From Alphaproteobacteria bacterium (GTDB taxonomy: Bacteria > Pseudomonadota > Alphaproteobacteria > UBA828): DNA of 64,000 nucleotides. Below are positions 34,811-43,932 of this stretch, piece after piece. A program made the translations under genes and the position numbers. The notes under the pieces were generated by a model. That model made no database searches and was not told the origin of the DNA. It saw only the letters and a list, made by a program, of their open reading frames with translations. Every line of letters begins with the position of its first letter. Positions within the stretch are counted from its first letter, which is position 1. Location of the stretch: NCBI GenBank assembly GCA_965214705.1, contig OZ243972.1:3872001-3936000 (forward strand). Reading direction: 5' to 3'.

Positions 34811-34870
34811 AAGTTGACTTAGAATCAACTTTATCGCATTCTCGGGGTCAGCAGTTGATTCACAATCAAC
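34811..34870. promoter_or_regulatory. Two palindromic operators GTTGA(C/T)T-N3-AATCAAC
   Basis: 34813-34829 and 34854-34870, 41 bp apart, upstream of the TA pair. Confidence 0.65.
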
Positions 34871-34877
34871 CTGTTTG

Positions 34878-34905
34878 GTGCCATGCGGCATGTGCCATGC
34901 GGCAT
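34878..34905 (+). repeat. 14-bp tandem repeat GTGCCATGCGGCAT x2
   Basis: Perfect copies; each contains a TGCC-N4-GGCA dyad. Confidence 0.8.
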
Positions 34906-35015
34906 GTCCAAGTCGGGAAGCGCGGCGAATGAGCGTTCGCGTTAGAGACATCAAGGGAGGCAAGACATGCTCGATCTAGCAAGAAGGCGGCGAAGAGCCG
35001 CGCGGAGACGTACAA

Positions 35016-35330
35016 ATGCAAAAAGGCACACCGCCCGATAGGTTTCGTGCAGACTACAGAAACTTCTTTCGGGATTTTCCCAATTTCAGTATCGAGTTAA
35101 CAAAACATGCGCGCACTCGAATGGAGCAACGGGATATTCGACTGCCGCAAATACGAACGGTCTTGATGACGGGATCAATATTGCCCGTCGAACCTGATAT
35201 TCGCACAGGGCTTGACAAGTATCGGGTGTTTGGCCGTGACGCAGATGGTCGGAGCTTGGAGGTTGTGGCCATTCTAAGAGAAGTCGGACTCGGCTGTGTC
35301 GTCATCATGACGGTAATTCACCGAGGCTGA
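35016..35330 (+). CDS. DUF4258 domain putative RelE-like toxin
   Basis: LTKHARTRMEQRDI, YRVFG, VVIMTV. Confidence 0.82.
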   Translation: MQKGTPPDRFRADYRNFFRDFPNFSIELTKHARTRMEQRDIRLPQIRTVLMTGSILPVEPDIRTGLDKYRVFGRDADGRSLEVVAILREVGLGCVVIMTVIHRG

Positions 35331-35462
35331 GCACTGATGGTTGTAGCTGACGCGGGGAGTCCTGACATAGTGGTTAGAGGCCACTAGGGGAGGGAGAGGA
35401 AAGGCAGGGGAACCAAGTTAGAAGGCAGTTCAGACTTGGGTCTCCCCTGATCCGAAGGAGAC

Positions 35463-35957
35463 ATGCACAAGACGAGGGAATACGACGCCACGGTCGAGAT
35501 GGGACTACCTGTGACCCTGATCGACACCGTCCGAGAGGACGACGACGGCAACCTGGAAATACCGAACCTGGACATGCTGCTGGCGACCGTCGCCGTGGCC
35601 CGCGTGCTCGCGCCGGTTCAGCTGGTGGGGGCGGAACTCCGTTTCCTACGCCATGTTCTACACCTGACGGGCGCCGAGTTCGCTCGCGCGATTGACCTTA
35701 GCGACAAGACCGTCGTTTCGCGCTGGGAGAACGGCAAGACCCGACCCGGTGGCTACACGGAAAAGATCATCCGGCAACTGATCCTGAATTTGCTGGGTTC
35801 CCGCGCGCCCGGCATCGACATTCCGGACAACGCGATCCCCGGAATGGTGATCCGGCAACGCGAGGCCTCAGAAGGTCCGCTGCCGATGGCATTTGCCTTC
35901 AAAAGCCGCTCGGGGTCGGAGGGTCAGTCTATAGATTGTTACGCCGAGGCTGCCTGA
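35463..35957 (+). CDS. XRE-HTH putative antitoxin (MqsA/HigA-like)
   Basis: GAELRFLR..LTGAEFA..VSRWENGK; GAAGGAG RBS. Confidence 0.82.
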   Translation: MHKTREYDATVEMGLPVTLIDTVREDDDGNLEIPNLDMLLATVAVARVLAPVQLVGAELRFLRHVLHLTGAEFARAIDLSDKTVVSRWENGKTRPGGYTEKIIRQLILNLLGSRAPGIDIPDNAIPGMVIRQREASEGPLPMAFAFKSRSGSEGQSIDCYAEAA

Positions 35958-35991
35958 CAGTTGATCGCGGCGTTCGCTGTGTCTTCGGCCG

Positions 35992-36336
35992 TCAGTCGAA
36001 GGGAGCGAGGCTCGCCTGCGCCTTGCGTGTGAGGCCCTTGCGCACGATGCGGTAGGAATCCGCGAGCCGCTGGCGTAGCTCGTCCTCCGGCAGATCCAAG
36101 GGAACGTTGATCCAGGAGCGGTGGAAGTAGGGCGCCTTGCGGCCCACGCCCATCTCGATCAGCATCTCGGCGGTCTCGATGCTGTCGGTCTTGATGTTGA
36201 CGCCCGGCAGCTTCGAGCCGATGCAGGCGAACATCTTACCGCCCACCTTCCAGGCGTCGTGCCCGCCGCCCCAGGGATCCGACAGCTCGGCGCCGGGAAA
36301 CGTCTCGCAGATCGCGTTGATCGTATCGCGGCTCAT
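35992..36336 (-). CDS. MmcQ/YjbR family protein
   Basis: WKVGGKMFA, APYFHRSW, SYRIVRKGLT. Confidence 0.9.
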   Translation of the reverse strand: MSRDTINAICETFPGAELSDPWGGGHDAWKVGGKMFACIGSKLPGVNIKTDSIETAEMLIEMGVGRKAPYFHRSWINVPLDLPEDELRQRLADSYRIVRKGLTRKAQASLAPFD

Positions 36337-36363
36337 CCGTCGCCTCCCGCTTCCCGCAAGGGA

Positions 36364-37479
36364 TCAGACGAAGATGTCGTCCGGCAGGATCGCGGAGACC
36401 ACGGTGTTGGGCACCGCCGCGATGCCGTCCACGGTCACGTCGACGCCCACGCTCGCGATCACATAGGCCTGCATCCGCGTGAAGCCGCGCTCGTGCACCA
36501 GGTGGTCGATCACGTTGAGCAGCGCGTTCTTGGTCGCGAGATTAATGTCCTCGGCGCGGTTGGCGCCGTCGCTCTCGATGCAGAGCCCGGTGGTGGCGTA
36601 GTAGCCGCCGCGCTCCAGCGCGTGGCCTACCGGCGCCGTGTCCTTGCGCGAATAGTGGATGTCTCGGATGCCGCGCTCGGCGGCGAGGCCCTTGCGCAGA
36701 TCGAAGCGCACGCGCAGCGTCGGGTCGGTCTCGATGGCCGTGCCGCAGCACTCGCTGCTGCCCTGGGCGAAGTGGCCGTCGCCCGCCGAGAACAGCGCGC
36801 CTTCGGTGTAGACCGGGAAGTAAACCGTGGTGCCGGCGGTCATCTGCTTGGTGTCGAAATTGCCGCCATGCTCGCGGGGCGGCATGGTGCGGAGCGCCTC
36901 GCCGTCGATGACCGGGTTGCGTGTGATCGCGCACTCGGCCGAAGGCGGCAGCGCCATACCGCCGGCGGCGAGGAGGTCGTTCTCCCGCGCCGCGATGCGC
37001 GCCAGCAGCTCGTGTGAGGGGGCGACCCCCATCACGCCCATGAACGGTGCGCCGGGGATTCGCACGCCCGGTATCTCCTCGCAGACGGCGCCGCCCGCGT
37101 CCTGCTCCCATTTGGCGAGGAAGGGCTCGGTGAAGACGTCGCGCAGGTAGCCGAAGCCCGGAATCGCAAGAGTGAAGCCGAAGTCGCCGGGGTTCACGTC
37201 CAGGATGTCGACGACCAGCAGATCGCCCGGTTCCGCGTCCTTGACGCAGATCGGGCCGGTGAGCGGATGCACCAGGTTGAGGTCCAGCCGCAGGAGATCG
37301 TCCAGGGTCGAGTCACGCGAAATCTGCTGGTCGCCGCCGTCCCGCGTCTCCATGAGCACCTCGTCGCCCGGCTCGATGGTGAGGATGGGCGGAATGTCCG
37401 GGTGCCAGCGGTTGTGGCCGGTCCCCGGCTCGTCGGAAAGCGTCTTGGACTGGTCGATGCGAATCTCGTGTGTCGCCAT
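36364..37479 (-). CDS. Acetamidase/formamidase family protein
   Basis: HNRWHPDIPP, HPLTGP, PPREHGGNFD, GDGHFAQG. Confidence 0.93.
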   Translation of the reverse strand: MATHEIRIDQSKTLSDEPGTGHNRWHPDIPPILTIEPGDEVLMETRDGGDQQISRDSTLDDLLRLDLNLVHPLTGPICVKDAEPGDLLVVDILDVNPGDFGFTLAIPGFGYLRDVFTEPFLAKWEQDAGGAVCEEIPGVRIPGAPFMGVMGVAPSHELLARIAARENDLLAAGGMALPPSAECAITRNPVIDGEALRTMPPREHGGNFDTKQMTAGTTVYFPVYTEGALFSAGDGHFAQGSSECCGTAIETDPTLRVRFDLRKGLAAERGIRDIHYSRKDTAPVGHALERGGYYATTGLCIESDGANRAEDINLATKNALLNVIDHLVHERGFTRMQAYVIASVGVDVTVDGIAAVPNTVVSAILPDDIFV

Positions 37480-37788
37480 CTCGGGTCTCCTCGCGGGAAT
37501 TCTGGGACGCTCGACGATCAGGAGCGCTCCGATCTTACACGGCCGTCGAGGAGCGTGGGAGCCGGTGCCCCCGGTTTGAGGCTGCGAAGTGCTTGGGCGC
37601 ACGATGCAGGCTGTGACCGTGGTGAGGAAAGCGATATGACGCCACGTCGGAAGCGGTTGTCCCCGTTGCCCGTTTTGGCGAGACTTCATTGGAGGGTGCT
37701 GCCCTTGCAGGCGCACGCGATCGATGACACCGGGCGGATGAATGGGAATGAACATGGCGCCGGAATCCAGCCACCCCATGCTCGTGTC

Positions 37789-38430
37789 ATGAGACGCTGC
37801 GTTCTCCCTCTCCTGGCAATGATTCTGGTCGCACTGCCGGCGCACGCCGAGCCGCTGGTTCTCGAATGGCCCTCGCGCGGCGACAGCGGGGACTGGGAGA
37901 TCGAAGAGTTCGAGGGCGAGACCCGCTATCAAGTGGTCAAGATCGACGGGCGGCGCGTGCTGGAGGCCGACAGCTCTGCCACGGCGTCGAGCCTCTATCT
38001 CGAGCGGGAGATCGATATCGCGGCGACGCCGATCCTCGAATGGAGCTGGCGGATCGAGAGGCCGCTCGAGGTTGACGACGAGCGGATCAAGGACGGCGAC
38101 GACTACGCCGCCCGGGTCTATGTGGTGGCGCCCGGAGAGGGACTGTTTGGTTTGCCCCGAGCTATCAACTACGTGTGGGCCAACCGCGCGGAGATCGGCG
38201 ACAGCTGGCCCAATCCCTTCACCTCCAAGGTGATGATGGTCGCGATGGATACCGGGGATGCCGATGCGGGCACCTGGCGCACCCACCGGCGGGACGTGCG
38301 CGCCGACTTCCTCCGCCTGTTCGACATGGAGGTCGACGAGCTCGAAGGCATCGCGGTCATGACCGACTCCGATAACTGCGGGCAGAGCGCCCGTGCCTGG
38401 TACGGAGAGTTGGCGTTCCACCCCGAGTAG
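37789..38430 (+). CDS. DUF3047 domain exported protein
   Basis: Signal peptide; DDYAARVYV, NYVW, WPNPF, AVMTDSDN. Confidence 0.88.
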   Translation: MRRCVLPLLAMILVALPAHAEPLVLEWPSRGDSGDWEIEEFEGETRYQVVKIDGRRVLEADSSATASSLYLEREIDIAATPILEWSWRIERPLEVDDERIKDGDDYAARVYVVAPGEGLFGLPRAINYVWANRAEIGDSWPNPFTSKVMMVAMDTGDADAGTWRTHRRDVRADFLRLFDMEVDELEGIAVMTDSDNCGQSARAWYGELAFHPE

Positions 38431-38494
38431 CGGAGGCCGCCTTGATCGGGGCGGGGGGCTGTGGTTGTTTGGTCCGAGCCACCCGCGAGTTCCC

Positions 38495-39379
38495 ATGAAT
38501 CTGCACCGCACCTATCTGTTCGCCCCCGGCAATCATCCGCGCAAGGTCGCCAAGGTCTTTGGCGCGGGCGCCGATGCGGTGGTGCTCGACCTCGAAGACG
38601 CGGTGGCCGCGGCGGAGAAGGAGGCCACGCGTGCGGTTGTCGTCGAGGCGCTACAGGCGCCGCGCCCCTGCCTCGGCTATGTGCGGGTGAACGGGCTCGA
38701 TACCGACTATTGCTACGGCGATCTCCAGGCCGTCGTCGCGGCGGGCGTGGACGGCATCCTGCTGCCCAAGGTCGAAGCGCCCGACCAGCTGGAGACGGTG
38801 GACTGGCTGCTCGGCCAGCTGGAGCGCGAGCGGGGGCTGGAACAGGGCGCGATCGACCTGTTGCCGATCATCGAGACTGGCCACGGCGTCGCCGCCGCCC
38901 AGGCAATTGCCGGCGCGGAGACGCGGGTACGCCGGCTCTCCTTCGGTGCCGGCGACTACACCCGCGACATGGGCATGGTCTGGACCGGGGCGGAGGCCGA
39001 GCTTGCGCACGCACGCGCGTGCATCGTGCTCGCCTCCCGCGTCGGCGGGCTGGAGGCGCCCATCGACACGGTCTTCATCGACCTCGCGGATGACGAGAAC
39101 CTGGAGCGCTCGGCCGAGACCGCGCTCAGCTTCGGCTTCCAGGGCAAGCTCTGCATCCACCCCAAGCAGGTGGAGCCGGTAAACCGGGTGTTCACACCGA
39201 GTGCTGATGCCGTGGCCCAGGCGGAGAAGCATGTTGCCGCCTTCAAGGAGGCGGAGGCGGCGGGCTCCGCCTCGATTCAGGTGGATGGATACTTCATCGA
39301 TTACCCGATCTACGAGAAGGCCGAGCGGGTGCTGCGGATCGCGGAGGCGATCCGGCAGCGGGACGCGCAGGCCGGCTGA
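38495..39379 (+). CDS. CitE-like CoA-ester lyase (HpcH/HpaI aldolase/citrate lyase family)
   Basis: LFAPG, LDLEDAV, VRVN, IIET, GKLCIHP. Confidence 0.92.
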   Translation: MNLHRTYLFAPGNHPRKVAKVFGAGADAVVLDLEDAVAAAEKEATRAVVVEALQAPRPCLGYVRVNGLDTDYCYGDLQAVVAAGVDGILLPKVEAPDQLETVDWLLGQLERERGLEQGAIDLLPIIETGHGVAAAQAIAGAETRVRRLSFGAGDYTRDMGMVWTGAEAELAHARACIVLASRVGGLEAPIDTVFIDLADDENLERSAETALSFGFQGKLCIHPKQVEPVNRVFTPSADAVAQAEKHVAAFKEAEAAGSASIQVDGYFIDYPIYEKAERVLRIAEAIRQRDAQAG

Positions 39380-39393
39380 ACGGGAGACGCGGG

Positions 39394-40941
39394 ATGTTGA
39401 TGTCCGGCGAGGAATACCGGGAGTCGCTCAGGCGGCTCACGCCCAGGGTCTATGTCGATGGCGACGAGGTCGCCTCCGTCGCCGACGAGCCCCGCTTCGG
39501 GCCGGGAGTCGCAGCGCTGGGACTGGTGTACGATTTCGCGCGCGACGAGCAGCACAAGCACACCATGGCGGCGGTGGAGGAGAGCACCGGCGCCGAGGTC
39601 CACCGCTTCCTCCACATCAACCGCTCGACCACCGACCAGCTCCACAAGCTGGAGGCGGTGCGCCTCGTCTGCCAATACACCGGCTGCGCCCAGCGCTACC
39701 TGACCCAGGACGGCCTCAACGCCATTCACCAGACGACCTGGCGCATCGATCAGGAGACCGGCAGCGCGCTCCACGAGCGCTTCCTCGCCTACCTCCATCG
39801 GGTGCAGGCGGAGGACCTCACCCTCGGCGTCGCCATGACCGACGGCAAGGGCGACCGCTCGCGCCGCCCCCACGCCCAAGCCGTGCGCGACTCCTACGTG
39901 CACATCGCCCGTCGCCGGCCCGACGGCATCGTGATCCGGGGGGCCAAGGCGATCGTCACCGCCGCGCCCTACGTCCACGAGTACCTGGTCATGCCCTGTC
40001 GCAACATGACAGAGGACGACAAGGACTTCGCGGTCTGCTGCGCGGTGCCGGTGGACGCGGACGGTGTCACCATTGTCGCGCGGCCGGCGGGCCGGCCCGG
40101 AGAGAAGGCGGCCACGTTCAGCGCGCGCTACGGCCAGTCCACCGGCGTGGTGATCTTCGACGACGTATTCGTGCCGTGGGAGCGCGTGTTTCTCGCTGGC
40201 GAGTGGGAGCACTCGCAGTATCTGACCCAGGCCTACGCCACCCATCACCGGCATTCGTGCATCGGCGCGCGCGCAGGCTTCGGCGACCTCCTGATCGGCG
40301 CCGGCGTGCTGATGGCCGAGGCCAACGGGCTCGAAGTCGAGCGCACCTCGCACCTGCGCGACCGCATGGTGGAGTTGATAAAGATCGTCGAAGGCTTCTA
40401 TGCCTGCGGCGTCGCGAGCTCGGTGTACGCGACGGCGGACGGCTCCGGCTGCGTGGAGCCCGACCGCGTGTTCGCAAACATCGGCAAGCTGCTGCTGTCG
40501 ACGCAGATCTACGACATGCACCGCATCGCCCACGAGGTCTCGGGCGGGCTGGTCGTGGCCCTGCCGGGGCCGGACGAGGACCACAACCCGGCGACCGCAG
40601 GAACGCTTGCCGAGATGCTGAAGGGGAGGGAGGACCTGCCCTACAGCGAGCGCATGGAGGTTGCGCGCCTGATCGAGGACCTGACCGCCTCCGGCACCGC
40701 CGGCTGGTACTCGGTCATCAGCCTGCACGGCGGCGGCTCGCCGCAGGCCACGGGGCTCGAAATCTTCCGCAGCTATCCGGTCGAGGACAAGGTGGCGCTG
40801 GTGGAGAAGCTGCTCGACCGGGGCGTGCTCGCCGACGAGAGCGAGGCGGAGAGCCGCGACCGCCAGCCGGGGCGGTGCTGCCCCATCGGCTGCAAGGAGC
40901 CGGCGGAGGCGCCGGCCCTGCCGAAACGCGCACACAACTGA
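39394..40941 (+). CDS. 4-hydroxybutyryl-CoA dehydratase / HpaB-family flavoprotein
   Basis: AMTDGKGDRS, GAKA, FDDVFVPWERVF, SLHGGGSP. Confidence 0.85.
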   Translation: MLMSGEEYRESLRRLTPRVYVDGDEVASVADEPRFGPGVAALGLVYDFARDEQHKHTMAAVEESTGAEVHRFLHINRSTTDQLHKLEAVRLVCQYTGCAQRYLTQDGLNAIHQTTWRIDQETGSALHERFLAYLHRVQAEDLTLGVAMTDGKGDRSRRPHAQAVRDSYVHIARRRPDGIVIRGAKAIVTAAPYVHEYLVMPCRNMTEDDKDFAVCCAVPVDADGVTIVARPAGRPGEKAATFSARYGQSTGVVIFDDVFVPWERVFLAGEWEHSQYLTQAYATHHRHSCIGARAGFGDLLIGAGVLMAEANGLEVERTSHLRDRMVELIKIVEGFYACGVASSVYATADGSGCVEPDRVFANIGKLLLSTQIYDMHRIAHEVSGGLVVALPGPDEDHNPATAGTLAEMLKGREDLPYSERMEVARLIEDLTASGTAGWYSVISLHGGGSPQATGLEIFRSYPVEDKVALVEKLLDRGVLADESEAESRDRQPGRCCPIGCKEPAEAPALPKRAHN

Positions 40942-40976
40942 ACACATAACCTGAACAGCCAAAGGAAAAACAGACC

Positions 40977-41465
40977 ATGTCCGTCGAACAACGCCTTCAG
41001 CGCCTGGAAGACATCGAGGCAATCAAGCAGCTCATCGCCCGCTACATGACGGCGGCGGATAAGAATGGCGATCCGGCGTTGATGGCGCCCTGCTTCACCG
41101 AGGACGCCATCTGGAACGCCGAAGGGATCGGGCGTTGGGAGGGCCGGGACAACATCGTCCAGGGTCTGCACGAGACCTCCACCAAGGTGCTCTCATGGGC
41201 GCTGCATTACGCGACCCAGCCGATCATCGAGGTTGCGGACGACGGTCAGAGCGCCACCGGCGAGTACTACCTGTGGGAGCTCGCGAAGGCGGTGCAGGAG
41301 GACGGCAGCCCGGACCAGGACACTTGGATCGGCGGCTGGTACGAGTCCAAGTTCCGCAAGGAGGGCGGTGACTGGAAGTTCAGCCACATCGAGCTGATCC
41401 TCAAACTGCTGAGCCCCGCCAACGCGCCATCGTGGGAGACGCCGATCCCGCCCTGGAAGGGCTAA
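40977..41465 (+). CDS. NTF2/SnoaL-like (BaiE/LinA-type) protein, paralog 1
   Basis: RLEDIEAIKQLIARY..D, FTEDA, H, GDWKF. Confidence 0.88.
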   Translation: MSVEQRLQRLEDIEAIKQLIARYMTAADKNGDPALMAPCFTEDAIWNAEGIGRWEGRDNIVQGLHETSTKVLSWALHYATQPIIEVADDGQSATGEYYLWELAKAVQEDGSPDQDTWIGGWYESKFRKEGGDWKFSHIELILKLLSPANAPSWETPIPPWKG

Positions 41466-41484
41466 CCGCGCAAGGGAGGCGCCC

Positions 41485-41976
41485 GTGGGTATCGAAGAGC
41501 GGCTGCAGCGCCTCGAGGATATCGAGGCGATCAACCAGCTGATCGCGCGCTACGCGCAGGCGGTGGATCACAACGGCGACCCCGCGCTGGTCGCGCCGCT
41601 CTTCACCGAGGATGCGGTGTGGCATTGCGAGGGCATCGGCCATTGGGAAACGCGGGAGGGCATCCTGCGCGACATCCGACCCAACTGCACCACCTTCATG
41701 CCGTGGGCCATGCATTACATGACCCAGCCGATCGTGGAGGTGGCGCCCGACGGCCTGAGCGCTACCTCCAACCACTATCTGTGGGAGCTTGCCAAGGTGA
41801 CGCCGGAGGGCGGCGGGCCGACCCAAGACACCTGGGTCGGCGGCTGGTACGACTCGCAGCTGCGCAAGGAGGGCGGCGCCTGGAAGTTCGCCCGTATCGA
41901 CCTCACGCTCAAGCTCTTCAGCCCGGCCGACGGCCGTGCCTGGGAGACCCGGATCGCGCCCTGGTCACCCGATTAG
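41485..41976 (+). CDS. NTF2/SnoaL-like (BaiE/LinA-type) protein, paralog 2
   Basis: GTG start after GGAGG; colinear similarity to paralog 1. Confidence 0.88.
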   Translation: MGIEERLQRLEDIEAINQLIARYAQAVDHNGDPALVAPLFTEDAVWHCEGIGHWETREGILRDIRPNCTTFMPWAMHYMTQPIVEVAPDGLSATSNHYLWELAKVTPEGGGPTQDTWVGGWYDSQLRKEGGAWKFARIDLTLKLFSPADGRAWETRIAPWSPD

Positions 41977-42015
41977 CCGGAAGCTTCGGGGCAGCCGGGT
42001 GCCCGGCGCAGCGTG

Positions 42016-42786
42016 CTACTTGGGCGCCATTCGGAGCGCGCCGTCGAAGCGGATCACCGAGCCGTTCATGAAGGTGTTCTCCGCGATATGCACGGCGAGC
42101 GCGCCGTACTCGTCGGCGGTGCCGAGGCGCTTCGGATAGACCGTCGTCTCCAGCAGGGACTGCTTCACCGGCTCGGAGAGGCCCGCCATCATCGGCGTGT
42201 CCATCAGCCCCGGCGCGATGCAATTGACGCGGATGCCGTCGCGGGCGAGTTCGCGCGCCATCGGAATGGTCATCGCGGCGACGCCACCCTTCGACGCCGC
42301 GTAGTCGAGCTGGCCGATCTGCCCCTCGAAGGCCGCGACCGAGGCGGTGGTGACGATGCAGCCGCGCTCGTTGTCCTCCATCGGGTCCAGCGCGGCCATG
42401 TCGGCGGCGGCGAGGCGGCACGAGTTGATCGTGCCGATCAGGTTGACGTGGATCGCGCGGGTGAGCTTGGCCAGCGGACTCGCGTTGCCGTCCCGGCCCA
42501 CCAGCTTGGCGCCCGGCGCAATGCCGGCGCAGGCGACCATGATGCGCGCGGGCCCGAGCGCGTCCCGCACCTGAGCGACGGCGGCCTCGTGGCTGGCCGC
42601 GTCGACCACGTCGCAGGCGGCCGCTGCGCCGCCGATCTCGGCCGCGACCTTCTGAGCCAGCTCCTCGTTCATGTCGAGAATGCCGACCTTGGCGCCGGCG
42701 GCGGCGAGCTGCCGCGCCGTCGCTTCGCCCAGCCCCGACGCGCCGCCGGTAACGATCGCCGTTTGCCCGCTAATGTTCATGTCCAA
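42016..42786 (-). CDS. SDR, 3-hydroxyacyl-CoA dehydrogenase type II-like
   Basis: TGGASGLG, TASVAAFEGQIGQ, YAASK, DGALRM. Confidence 0.93.
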   Translation of the reverse strand: MDMNISGQTAIVTGGASGLGEATARQLAAAGAKVGILDMNEELAQKVAAEIGGAAAACDVVDAASHEAAVAQVRDALGPARIMVACAGIAPGAKLVGRDGNASPLAKLTRAIHVNLIGTINSCRLAAADMAALDPMEDNERGCIVTTASVAAFEGQIGQLDYAASKGGVAAMTIPMARELARDGIRVNCIAPGLMDTPMMAGLSEPVKQSLLETTVYPKRLGTADEYGALAVHIAENTFMNGSVIRFDGALRMAPK

Positions 42787-42855
42787 CTCCCTTCGAATTC
42801 CGGGCGTCTACATAGCAAACCGCCGGTGCGCGCAAAAGACGCGGGCGAGTGATGG

Positions 42856-43773
42856 CTACGGGCCGATAGCGGTGGGGCGGCGGCCGGCGAGGAGCGCTTC
42901 GCGGCGGGCGATGTAGACCGCGCTCGCCACGATGAAGACCGCGCCGACCCAGGTCCAGATTCCCGGAAACTCGCCGAACGCGAACCAGCCGATCGCGACC
43001 GCGAAGGGGAGGCGGGTGAAGTCCAGTGGCACGATGGCCGTCGCCTCCATGATCGAGAGTGCGCGCGCCATCGAGAAGTGCGCGATCGTGAGCACGCAGC
43101 CGATGCCGAGCAGCCAGCCGAGCTGCTCCATGGTCGGCATCTGCCACCACCAGAGTGCGGGGCCGAGCGAGATCGGGGTCATGATCAGGTTCATGTAGAA
43201 GACGATGGCCAAAGGCGATTCCGAGCGCGCAAGCAGGCGCACCAGCGCCATCGAGGTGGCGAACATCAGCGCCGCGAAGATCGCGAGCAGGCCACCGATC
43301 GAGATGGTGTCCGCCCCCGGTTGCAGGACGATCAGGACGCCGGCGAAGCCCACCACGGTCGCGACCCAACGGCGCGGGCCGACGCGCTCGCCCAGCATCA
43401 GGATGGCGACCGGGATCATCCAGAGCGAGACCGTGAAGTTCAGCGTGATGGCTTCCGCGAGCGGCGTGATCTGCAGCGCCGAATACCAGGCCCACATGGC
43501 GAAGACGCCGATCCCGGCGCGGACGGCGAAAAGCTTGAAGCGGCCCAGCTCGAACGAGCCGAAGCCGATGCGGAACATGAAGGGCACCAGGATCAGGGTG
43601 CCGATGCCGTTGCGGATGAAGGCAATCTGAAACACCGAGACTTCCGCCGAGATGTGGCGGATCGCCGCCGACATGCCCGCGAAGCAGGCGCAGGTGAAGA
43701 CCATCAGGAGCACGCCTTCCCAGGTGCGCCCGATGGTGCGGCCGCCCGGCCGATCCGTCGACTGCGTGCTCAT
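42856..43773 (-). CDS. DMT/EamA family transporter
   Basis: About 10 TM segments; LGERVGPRRW, FGEFP. Confidence 0.92.
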   Translation of the reverse strand: MSTQSTDRPGGRTIGRTWEGVLLMVFTCACFAGMSAAIRHISAEVSVFQIAFIRNGIGTLILVPFMFRIGFGSFELGRFKLFAVRAGIGVFAMWAWYSALQITPLAEAITLNFTVSLWMIPVAILMLGERVGPRRWVATVVGFAGVLIVLQPGADTISIGGLLAIFAALMFATSMALVRLLARSESPLAIVFYMNLIMTPISLGPALWWWQMPTMEQLGWLLGIGCVLTIAHFSMARALSIMEATAIVPLDFTRLPFAVAIGWFAFGEFPGIWTWVGAVFIVASAVYIARREALLAGRRPTAIGP

Positions 43774-43932
43774 GGCGGGCGGCCTGCTCCCTTGCGCCGC
43801 CCGCCCGGTGTTTTCCCGCTAAACGAGTATCAGTGGGCGCGAGTGGCGGATGCGTTCGCGCCCCCACCATGCCACATCGGCCCGGCAGCCGCAGCGCGGG
43901 CGGCAGGCGGGAGCGCCCGCCTGTAAGCCGGC

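Noticed and set aside
34854-34870. FNR/FixK box
   Set aside because: TTGAT..ATCAA spacing is 5 nt, not the canonical 4.
34878-34905. CRISPR-like repeats
   Set aside because: Two adjacent 14-bp copies, no spacers and no cas genes in the window.
43904-43923. Hairpin CAGGCGGG/CCCGCCTG after the TPR gene
   Set aside because: No U-tract; cannot be called a terminator in GC-rich DNA.
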